Source of the DNA: Balanoglossus misakiensis
Taxonomy: Eukaryota; Animalia; Hemichordata
Length of the DNA: 64,000 nucleotides
Assembly: GCA_040954595.2 (NCBI GenBank)
Contig: CM082581.2
Span: 7,122,699-7,186,698, forward strand
Direction of reading: 5' to 3'
The notes below the pieces were generated by a model. The model searched no databases and was not told where the DNA came from. It worked only from the letters and a program-made list of their open reading frames with translations. Shown one piece after another: positions 53,601-64,000 of the stretch; position 1 is the stretch's first letter; each line of letters starts with the position of its first letter. Position numbers and translations under genes: made by a program.

Positions 53601-53798
53601 GACTATTACTTCGCGGTCAATTAACTTCACAATCAAGATGGACTTGATTATTTCGGAAATGACCATTTAAAAACAAATAACGTGGTCACTGAGGGGTGAA
53701 AACCACCACCCACGGAACTGCAATCACGGGTCGCGGAAACAGTTGTTAAAAAGTGACTATATTTACAGTATTTCACGCCATTCGCACGTAACATGGTA

Positions 53799-53972
53799 CT
53801 GAGAGAGACTGAGAAAGAGGTCACTGAGTAACAGAGAGACAGACAGAGTGACAGACATACAAACAGAGAAGAGACAGTGAGAGAGGGGGGAGAGGGAGAC
53901 AGAGCGAGAGAGTGATGGCAACGTATGGCATGTATGTATGTATATATGTGAGTGTGTGGGTTTGTGTTTGTG
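53799..53972. repeat. Degenerate AG-rich then TG-rich simple repeat
   Basis: gagagagac/acagag units followed by tatg/gtgt units. Confidence 0.75.
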
Positions 53973-56626
53973 TCATATTTCTGTACCACCATTGTGTAGC
54001 TACCGATATGTAATCTTACTCATTGACGCTGTGTCTAGTGGACATTCGTCACAAACCAAAGTCGCTTGTATCAAAATTAGCTTGTCGTGTTCAAATCCCA
54101 AGATACCTTAATATCGCTACACAAATATTTTTCATCTCTAACACAACCGTGTAATATTACAACCTAACACCCAGTGCGTGATCACAATACTGGGATTTTT
54201 GCATTATCGACTAATACTGTAAGTTGTGCTAAGTGGAAGTTTTTATTTCATTCCCCTGTAATCCATGTCGCTGTTATTTCTATACGCGTTGACAAACAGC
54301 TTTATCGAACCAAGTCCATTAGACGCTCCGTGTTTTCAGGCAAATGCTGTAACCTGATAACGCCAGCGCGCGTAGGGAGAATCGTGTTTTCTCTCGGACT
54401 TGAATAAAAGTTACAGCGTTGTGTACCGAATTACACAATAGTCGAATATCATATTAAAGGACTTAGGAAAATTCCGTGTGTAGTGCAGACGGCGTAATGA
54501 CTTCGTGGTGGCGGTAAACAAGTGTATCATAATTCAGTACGTCGAATGTTTACAGTTGCACTTCTGACGTACTTGTAAATATACCGTGCTGTAAGGTTCT
54601 GCAGTCTTTTATAGTGCACAGAAAGAATTTTCATGCCACCTATGGGGGCGCTGCTCACCTTACCTTATCTATAGTAAGTGTACAGTCTACCTTCGACAAC
54701 TTTTGTGACAATTTCAATAAATGACGATAGTACAATAGAGTTTTCTCGAAATTGTACGAATAAGGGTATATGGGATTTAATAACCATGCACTGCCTCTGT
54801 TTAGTCCCCTACCTTATATCGTCAACTTTTCAAACTTGGTTATCTCGTCAATCACGTATTTTCGCTTGTGGTTGGCCGCGCTAAAAAGTGCGCCACCGCA
54901 TGGTCATAAAAAAAATTTGCGCAGGTCCTTTTAGTTTGCACCTTATATGTGGCATATGTAAATTAGAAGTGATGTATACTATCATAAACGAGAACATGTC
55001 AACGAATGCGCAGAACTAGAACAATCTAAGGTGCATTGAATTCTACATTCCAAATATAGTTCAATTCATAAAATATGAATCTGTTGATTGGAATAAACAG
55101 ACGCTATGTTGCATGTAAAAAGACCATAAATTTATCGTATTGTCCACTGTCTCAATAGGAACATGATGAAACTGGCCGGCGATTTAAATGCAGCTTTTAA
55201 ATCTTTCATATTCTGCACTGGCGCCTTTTGAGAAATCACCCTTTATTTCAATTTCTTCGAAATGCGCTCAACCGAAAAAAGAGACGCATTAATTTTTTTG
55301 CATCATTCAGAAGTCAATCAACGAAAGGGAATGCCAATCATTTCTCGCGATGTGGCACTTATAATAATGGCTGCCGTGAATTGGAATTGTCCAAAAATAC
55401 CTGACGGAAGTTGGCGGTTTAAATTGCGCATCCTTCCCTCTAGCGCGAAGTTGCGCAGGCGTGTCTATAGAATACAATCAAAGGTCATTGGGGGGGATCT
55501 GGACGTGGAGATAAAATGTGGAAGAGTGAGGCTACGAAAAGTGGAAAGAAACAGAAACAGGGCAAACGCTGAGTCTATTCGGCGATATGCGCGGGATATC
55601 ACTTTCACGTTTGCGTCTCTCTTTCAATTTGCTCTCGCAATTGTCTCCACGATGTATGAATACAGAGCACAGGAAACCAAACGCAGCGTATCTTCCATGC
55701 AAATTAAAAGACCATTCGATATCGGAGCTTTGTGTCGATTTTATGAGCTGGCACAAATGAGCTCACACTGAAAAGGGGTCGAATTATGTATATTTTACAA
55801 CGTAACGCACACTAAATGAATAAAAAATGAGGGTGCGGTTTACTATGCCACCACTTTTACTGGAATTTAAGGAAAGCAGAATTGCGACATGTAAATAGTC
55901 GTCTCTATATTTTAGTGGATGTTTATCTAATTTTAAAGGAGGGGGGGGGGGGTAATTTCGCATGATGATTGAAAGCCTCCCCTTGAAAGCATGTTCTCCC
56001 AAAATGATACCACCGAGTATATCATTCCAATAGGCCATTGTTAATTAACAGCATATAAAAAGAGAAGGTCGGGTCGCATTCTTACTATATTGCAGTTTCT
56101 TGTTTTTTATACGATGTCGAGAAAACACTCGTGACCCGAGATGCCTTTCAGCGAAATGCGATCGTGTTAACCCTGGGTCGCGTCTTTCAGGACATCGTCA
56201 TGGCGTCGAGGTGTACACACACCGTACCGTGACCAAGGCAACCGTGAAGGGGATTTCGCATACGTAATTAACTGCCATTTTAACGTATCGATCTCTCGGC
56301 GTTGGCATTGTTTAACTTCATTAAACACCGAAATAGCACTTCAACGAGTGTGGTGTTTTGACATCGGCGAAAACGCGAGAACAGCCTCCACCTGTCACGA
56401 GGGATTAAGATAAGGACGTGAGGAATTATTTCTCGCGGTGAAGGTATGCGAACAGCCGATGCCGTGGACACGCAACCGACCAACAAAAGAGCACTAAATT
56501 TAACGCCTGTATTGCCCGAAGCGAGCCGTTCTGCGCATGGCAACAACAAACTCGCACGGTTGTATACAATAGCAAGATAAAAGACGGCAGAACAGGTGTA
56601 TTTTTCACGCGTATGTCGCGTCAGAG

Positions 56627-56817
56627 GTGAGTATACGCCGTAATTGTGAAATGCAGGGGGTTACTGCACGAGCAGAAAACACTGGGGGCTCGGTTATGTG
56701 TCCATGATAACACTTGTGCGGGTCGTATAGGCACAAGGGGATACCTGTATTGAGTTCTGTGCAGTCGATTTGTAAGTCAATCGATTAAGGCTCTCTGTGT
56801 GTCCCTTTGTATTACAG
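56627..56817 (+). other. 5' UTR intron of gene G
   Basis: Donor GAG|GTGAGT at 56627 and acceptor ctctctgtgtgtccctttgtattacag| ending at 56817. Confidence 0.65.
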
Positions 56818-57170
56818 ACAATCGTAACACTTGCAACCCCGGTCTGTCACCGTGAACACGTACTATACACCAGGCATCGTATCACAGACTGCCCTGGCAA
56901 CCGCATCGGTCTTTTATTCGGGGGAATCACGGCATGGCCAACCGGCGCGGGGAGATCACGTCCCTGCAACTCATCTAGACGGCGACCGGGCCAAACCGCC
57001 CGTAGGCAAGTATGCCGATAGACCGTGAAGCGAATCGCGGGTTCACAACAGTGCGGGTTCGGCCGAATCCTCATCTACCGTCCAGTCGGCCTGTGCAGAC
57101 CTCCTCTTCTGTCTACTACCTGTCCCCTTCTTCGCTGCTGATCGGCGGCACCAATCTCCCCACCGCCACC

Positions 57171-58079
57171 ATGTCGAACTTCTGGACCCGGGAGATACAC
57201 TCGGACAACGAGAAGCTGCCGACCATCGACGAGAATCCGTCCTTCAGCATTCGCGGCCACCGCGCCAAGAGTTTGCCGGTGATGCACACCCAGCACGGAG
57301 CGATAGTCAGGCACGGCAAGACGCCCAGGCATTCGTGGACCGAGGGCACCTTCACCACGCACGTGAAGCCGGTGGACAGCGACAGACTGAACGGCTTGAG
57401 CGGCAAAAGGACAGAGCTGCGACCCTCCACCTCCTGGGACAAAAATGGCCGCCGACGCGTGCACTTTACCCCGGCGCCCAAGAGCGAGGAGGTGTCGAAG
57501 GGAATCCAGCGGTACAACGCAGCTCACAATCCGTCGGCGGCTCAGAAGAACACCACGGTGACCGACGAACTCTGCGCGGACGACAGCGACGACAACAACA
57601 ACAACGGGAGGACGCCGATCATCAAGGTGACCGTGAGCCACCGGAATTCCAAGTCGGCGGGCGACGCCGGCAAAACGGACCTTGAATCGGCCGCCAGGGT
57701 GAACGCGGCCACCGAAGGTTGGTGCCAGAGATATTTGGGTCAGCAGAGGTTCCGCAAGCCTCCGCCGCCAACAACTGCAACGCCAAACAAACCAGTCAAT
57801 AAATCGCCTACTACGCAAACACAAAACAAGGAGGCTCAAATCAAACCAAACACACAACAAACGAGTGAAAACCAAACCAAAGTCGCCGTAAACCAAACGC
57901 CGACAACAATAGAAGTGCTGGACAGCCACCCGCAATGGAAGATGCCAACGTCGCACATCAATTTCTGCGATCACAAGAAGACGGAGAGAATAATGCGGTG
58001 GTTGGACGAGGTGAACGAACAGACGAAAGTGTCCGACAAGCTCAGCGGCCTGTGGACGTCGGCAGACGAGGAGAGATGA
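57171..58079 (+). CDS. Gene G: 302-aa disordered protein (355 aa if started at ATG 57012) with FCDHKKTERIMRWLDEV helix
   Basis: Strong Kozak context CCGCCACCATG at 57171. High GC3. Shared C-terminal motif. 5' UTR intron upstream. Confidence 0.87.
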   Translation: MSNFWTREIHSDNEKLPTIDENPSFSIRGHRAKSLPVMHTQHGAIVRHGKTPRHSWTEGTFTTHVKPVDSDRLNGLSGKRTELRPSTSWDKNGRRRVHFTPAPKSEEVSKGIQRYNAAHNPSAAQKNTTVTDELCADDSDDNNNNGRTPIIKVTVSHRNSKSAGDAGKTDLESAARVNAATEGWCQRYLGQQRFRKPPPPTTATPNKPVNKSPTTQTQNKEAQIKPNTQQTSENQTKVAVNQTPTTIEVLDSHPQWKMPTSHINFCDHKKTERIMRWLDEVNEQTKVSDKLSGLWTSADEER

Positions 58080-58561
58080 TACAGCCCGCTGAGAACAGCC
58101 TTGCAACAAGGAGCCTTGAGCAGGGATTTGTCGAACTCTTGTTGGGCTGGTTTATGACATACAACTGGCATTTCGGGATGCCTCTGACAACTTTTGGAAC
58201 CAGAATCAACCCAAGCATCCCGACTGTGTGAATTTCAACCCAAAATATCAAAATGTTGAAAATATCTCGCTTCCGACAACTGACAAAAGTGCACATCGCA
58301 TTTATCTTCCAGAATGTGCGCATTTAAAGAGACTGCGTCAGCTCCGATGAGGCTCGGTATTACCGCTAAGTGCTTGAGAAGACCTTTAATCTTTTATTCG
58401 GGTTTCGTGTGTACGCCAAAATAGCAGCTATGGTCGCCATGTCATCTCTTCGTTTGGGGTGAAAATATCACTGTTGTCAATCTATAGCCACCATGATGAA
58501 TGACCCTCAAACTTTACCGATCGATGATGCAAGTTTTCGAGTCGAAGTACCCCCAATCAAT

Positions 58562-58567
58562 AATAAA
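58562..58567 (+). terminator. Candidate polyadenylation signal of gene G
   Basis: AATAAA about 480 nt after the stop; a second one lies near 59223. Confidence 0.35.
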
Positions 58568-60661
58568 TAGACCGCACATCTCCCGTTAAAAGTGTTAATG
58601 GCTATTGTTTGATTTTACGGATTCAAACAAAAAGTTGCCATAGCAATACGTGTAAGGGTCTTTTAAATGACATAATTAGCCGTCCAGCGTTTACTTCGTC
58701 CACTGTGACCAGGACTGCGCTGCTTCCGTCCACCTGACCCGGGGTCGTATTTTGTTGACTTCATGTTTGAGGGTTTGTTGTACACGACGTCCGTCCAACA
58801 TGTTACAACAACGCTCTCCCGGAGTCTAAAGATTAAGTTGCCGTTTATCGATCGAGTTTTTTTTCTCCTCTTGCAAACATGGCGCCCACAGCGCACCGCG
58901 ATGTAAGCATTCTTTACCTACGACCTGTTGAGTTGCGGGTGCCAGGCTTCCATCCTAATACGACCAGGAGTCGTTATAGCAAATGGTCGACACCCATGTT
59001 TATAGCACACAGCATGTAATAAAGTGTAATTCGCCGGAAGATGTATTGTCCCGTGAAATGTACACAAATACCATTGAAATCGACAATACGTCGTAAAAAA
59101 ATCCGATCGATCAAATTAATACCTCTGACTTGCTTGGTTTTAAGCGTGCTATCACATCGTGATGTATTTATACCACAGTACTTCAAAGTCAACAGTTATT
59201 ATTATATATATGTACAAATGTAAATAAAATGTTTTATTACAGTATTGTTAGATGTGTACTTTTTGCCTTAGATAAATGTTTGCGGGTGGGGGTTTGCTCC
59301 GACGATTGTCTAGTATGTGTTACGAAAAATGTTCTAAAAACTGGCCGTGTGAAAAACACCATATTTCAACTTTTGTAAAAGAGCTTCCTTTTCAGCAAGT
59401 TATTGATTTAGAAGTGTCATAAAAATCTAAACGATAAATTTAATCGACCTTTGAGTTGCGTTTAAGCCGCAAAGCTGATCAATTTTAACTGGCGATGTAA
59501 GTAGATCGCTCGAAAAATCGTTCGTTCGCGGTGTCACGATTTTTACATACGCTAAGCATAGACAGTAGAGGGGGGAAGTTTAGTTAGATTTATTTTTCCC
59601 GCAAAGGAACGGTGATTTTCTGTCTGTTTGTCGTATATTATTTTGTAACTGCGAAAACCCAGACTGAAATCCTAGCGAGTGAAATGGAGACAAAAATCAC
59701 AATGCAACCGCAACGGCTTCATATCCGGTAACCATGGAAACCTTATACGGTGATCGATTTTAGAGGCCTACAGTGTGTTGCATGCACGTGACCGATTGGC
59801 GTTATCGTGTTTTTGTCCTGAATACCATGAAATGCATATGTTAAATATAATAGACGTATTTTTTATTGAAAAAAAAGACTTCGTCACAAAATAGCCGCCT
59901 GATTTGATATTCAGTGCGAGAGAAAGGCAGTGAAAACAACTGAAGTAAAAAAAGACGAAACATTTAAATGCACTAAGATTTACCATTTCCTCACACAACC
60001 TCAACAATTCAAACATTGAAATCACGCTATTTCAATAAGAGGGCCCTTTTATGATACAGTAGACATTATTAGCGCCCGTGTTGAGACAGCAAACATGTTC
60101 TGAGCGTGCGCGTTCATGTCGACTGCCTTTCGGCAGCGGCGTTTCTAAGGCAACAGCTGAGAGGTTCTATCGATCTCGGTGCCCGCCCTGCCCCAGAAAA
60201 CGCAATCAGAGAGCGACTGCCATCGACCTTGACATTTACCCAACGAAATATCACTATTTGTTTATGCATAGTAACTACTGCGAGGCTATTAATAATTTCG
60301 CCCTTTGTCCCCATTTTAACACACCCAGTAATATAAACGTTACGTCGCAGAAATAGTTCTTTTCAACCGATTGGTTTATAGCAGACCGTCGTGACAAAGA
60401 TGAATTCTCCTGTACCTGTGCACAGTTGGTGTGACTGTGACTTGTGTTAGCAATTATGAAGTGAAGGTACTGTGATTGCATGTACGCACATTGCAATCTC
60501 CTCGCACTTATCTACACATGTCCTTGTATGGTTAAAAGGCTTGTCTAAGACTTGAGCCATGACGCGGTTAAAATCAGTGATTCGCTAGATCTCCACTTTC
60601 CATGGTAACCGAGGCTAAATTGTCATATGTGTCAGTGGTCAGTGCACATAGATATACATGT

Positions 60662-60691
60662 ACACACACACACACACACATACATACATAC
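60662..60691. repeat. (AC)n/(ACAT)n microsatellite
   Basis: Direct reading of the sequence. Confidence 0.9.
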
Positions 60692-61651
60692 TGATTTGAT
60701 ACAATTTTAACAGCAATTTAATGAAGCGACAAAGCGAGAGAAGGTTTCCTATGATTACAATAAGTAGCCATGCGAACAGTGTAATGATCATAATTACGCA
60801 GTATTTTTTAACTCTTTTGGGCCCATATTATGGGGTTATATGTAAAAGGATTGTGTTAATGTGAAGTCTCCAGGCGGCATATAGAGCCTAATTATTGATG
60901 ACTTCTTGGTAGAGGCGGTTTTAAGTGAACGGATGGCTGGTTTGAGAAGCCACAGCACCAGTCTATACGTGATTACTGGTGAGGCAGCGATTTCCGTTTT
61001 GAATGATGATAGTTGCCATTTTCAACATGCAATTATTTCCATCTTCACCGTTGGAAGATAAATTGACCAATTAATCGCGAGAATCGTGCACGAAAATGAG
61101 TTTAGACGCTTCTGTCTAGGGGCTCGAAGATGAGTTTCTGTCAAAAGTGGATCAAACAGGAAGCGATTTGAGGATAATTAGACTCCAACATCACGAAAAT
61201 GAGTTTTATGGTTGTATCGAGCGTGTACACATCCCACAGAATCAGAGCATTTCAAAATTTCAATGGCGACCTGATATTCAACGTCAGTTGGTGGTAGGGT
61301 CGTTCGGTTGCAGGGGCGGGAAACCCGAGCGGCGGTAACAATGACCCGTCTCTTCTTATGCCGGTTATCATATCAACATGTGAAAATGCGAGATTGCTCT
61401 GCCATATTACAGCGGAAAGAGATACCGTGCCCGGCGCTGTAGTCCATCTGAATGCATGCGTTATTTTAATCTAATCTCCACATATCCAGTGAGGGCTTAT
61501 GTAGAGCGCCATTATGATCCTTGAAAACAGTCAGAGTAGTTCGTTGTCGGTTTGCGAAGATAATTTCTCCATTTCGTTATTGCTTCCATCATCGCGATGC
61601 CCCCCAATCTAAATTCGGAAGAATATGTACGAACAGTACAGACAGTGGTGA

Positions 61652-61670
61652 TGATCAACAGGGGGCGCTC
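61652..61670 (+). promoter_or_regulatory. CTCF-like site
   Basis: TGATCAACAGGGGGCGCTC versus the CTCF core TGGCCACCAGGGGGCGCTA. Confidence 0.35.
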
Positions 61671-63041
61671 TTCTTATCAACTGGGATTCGCACGCAAAGA
61701 AATATATAAATCAAAGCATAGACAGTACTGTCTATGATCAAAGTGACTAAAGATTTCAAATGTCATCGCATTCTGGATTATCGGCTATGACAACAGCTGT
61801 GGGGGCTTGCTAATCGACTCGAGATATTTTCGATGAGATAACCCTGAAATAATAGGACATTAGTTTATCTTATCGCCCAGACACCTACGGAAACAAGATT
61901 GCATCACGACTCGTCTTCGTTAGTTAATAAATGCGGCATAGTACAGTTGTCAGCGACGGCAGTGCCTGGTTCAAGAAGGCATCGCAACAAATCTATAAAA
62001 AGATTCGTTCAGATACCGGACTATTGTGTGTACGATAATACGGAGCGAAATCATGAGGGCAAAGCCTTTGTCTTACCGAAACAAATGCATTGTACAATGA
62101 ACCAAGCATACACGATCGATTACTTTGACTACCGACTTAAAAAATGTTCTCTGGCATAAGGGAACGGCTTAATTCTCTTCCTACCTACATGTACGTATGT
62201 ACATACATAAACCTTTATCTGCAAAATCAATTTTCGACTAAAAGATGAGTGGCAACGCTCAAATACTCCCTATAATTTTGCGCGCATACGTTGTTTATCT
62301 GATGTTTATATTCTCTGTTGTTTTGGAATTGAACAAGATATGGCTAGCTTACCGATATTTGATAGTGTTTGTTGGAGTCACTGTGTACCCTGAAGTCAAC
62401 TGAGATGGTGGTGGTGGCCACATCGGAGATGTTGGAACCGGTGACCATAAACAAAACCTGAATGTGAGCGAGCACGAACGCACACCTGCCTGACTATGCA
62501 CAGGCAGCGGCGCGGATGTCTATATGCTAGCGTTATTAGGCGTATGTCAAAGCCGAAAGTGTGTATAGGCATCAAGCAATAATCAGAGCTGATTGGAGAT
62601 GCTAAAAATGACACGAGATTCAGATTCAGAAAAAGAATGACGTCACTATTGGAAAATAAATCTGGCCTTACCATTACAGACACTTCACGTTGAATTCGCC
62701 ATAGGATCATCGTCAGATGCAAAGTTCAGTGGATTTGTCTTTCAAGTATTTAAGTTGGTGTATTTCAAGTTCCCTGTTCGCGTCCTTAAAGTCAATGTCG
62801 CCGAGGGCGCACTGGTCAGTTTCATGACCAACTGTTCCCAATTTGGAACACATTAAAAAAGAAGCTTGTTATTAAAACCCCCATTCGCTTTGTTGGGAAT
62901 TGAATTCTGATTTCTCGAGGGAGGAGAGATTAATAAGCGTGATACGCGTGTAGTAATTCGATTTTCTCACCAGAGCCAATGCGCTTGTCATTTAAAATTT
63001 AAGATGAGTTACACAGTGGAGAGTCTTGTCACGTACAATTT

Positions 63042-63152
63042 GAGAGAGAGAGAGAGAGAGAGGGGGGAGAGACATGACAGAGGGAGACAGAGACGGATAG
63101 AGACGCAGCGTCAGCGAGACACATAGTCAGACACTATCAGGGAGACAGACAC
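63042..63152. repeat. (AG)n microsatellite with degenerate gagac tail
   Basis: Direct reading of the sequence. Confidence 0.85.
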
Positions 63153-64000
63153 AGGCAAAATGACGTGTAGAACTACTGTTTGCTGTTCCAAGTCCGCCTT
63201 ACTTCCGTGGGGTTAGCACGTTGGCAGATTTTATTTGAACGCTTCGAACTTTGGTTTTGGCCGCAGGGAAGTAGAAATCGCGCAGTGTGTCATGTTGACG
63301 TTAAATATAAAGGCACGAGTTGGGTGACATTTCTTCACGCAGTCTGTGACCACGTCATAATCCTTTTGTATGGCCATTTTCAGATATGTCTACGGGGTGA
63401 TGTCGTCGAAATGAAGGAACTTTTTGATGCGCATTCCGCCGCAAATTAGTACATGGACGGTTACCAAGGACACAGATAGGAAATAGACATTTTGGCTCTG
63501 CTGGTGATAATGTTAAAACTCGCACTGCGATAACAGGGCTTAGGATTCGTTAAGTGACATGAAGCATAGATTTACATGTACACGTCTGAAAACACAAGAA
63601 TTCTGAACGTCGGCTGAAAACTGTGCGCTCTCAATATTACATTGCCACAGCGAACATGCCTTTTGTATACATGCATGCAACCGCCGCGGCGCCCGACAAA
63701 CGCTTCGATAAAAAAGTCATGAAATGAGTTGTTTAATCGTCTATTAAGTCAAATTGAAAACCCAGCGACACCCATTGACGTTAACTTCACATGTTGGGGC
63801 AGGCAAAGTGCACTATGTTAATACCCGGCTAGTGGCGAATTGAGAGAATTAAACACATGGACACTATAGACATTAAAAGTTGCTAGTTTCTATCTGAACA
63901 ATGCCCAATCACTTTCCTGGCACGAGTTCAACTTCGGGTAGACGCCGCCAAACGAGACCCCACGGTCCGAATACAAAAAGCAAGCTATCGCCGATCGGCA

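Noticed and set aside
55262-55771. 169-aa ORF
   Set aside because: Intergenic-like composition, no motif, no splice or Kozak support.
4231-55952. Scattered poly-G/poly-C runs (e.g. 4231, 9280, 14159, 35946, 42255, 48788, 52457, 55938)
   Set aside because: Common homopolymers in invertebrate genomes; no consistent position relative to genes or shared flanks.
57075-58109. 344-aa antisense ORF over gene G
   Set aside because: Mirror of GC-rich coding sequence; starts at a non-ATG codon and reads as codon-complement noise (VVVVVV from AAC repeats).
1-64000. Prokaryotic-style reading of the ORF track (GTG/TTG starts, operons)
   Set aside because: Introns, Kozak contexts, low coding density and a FAM124 gene show this is animal genomic DNA.

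Overview
Eukaryotic (metazoan) genomic DNA: gene-sparse, with GT-AG introns, Kozak starts, microsatellites and no obvious CpG depletion. The style is compatible with an invertebrate deuterostome, but the taxon is inferred and not proven. I can support seven protein-coding genes. One is a recognisable FAM124-family gene (+, two coding exons, about 797 aa) with an unusually long disordered N-terminal extension. The other six (here A, C, D, E, F, G; about 270-390 aa) are orphan-looking, low-complexity, probably intrinsically disordered proteins that cannot be aligned globally. All six end in the same short amphipathic helix, [IVC]-x-x-W-L, and in C, F and G it is exactly F-x4-K-x3-[IV]-x2-W-L. 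They also carry docking motifs for PP2A-B56, PP1 and calcineurin, plus basophilic or proline-directed kinase sites. The intergenic DNA holds many RFX X-box-like palindromes and full CRE palindromes. My main hypothesis is an unannotated, highly diverged gene cluster of short-linear-motif signalling adaptors, possibly expressed in ciliated cells. I saw no RNA genes, CRISPR arrays or intact transposons. Most short ORFs in the track are noise or antisense shadows.
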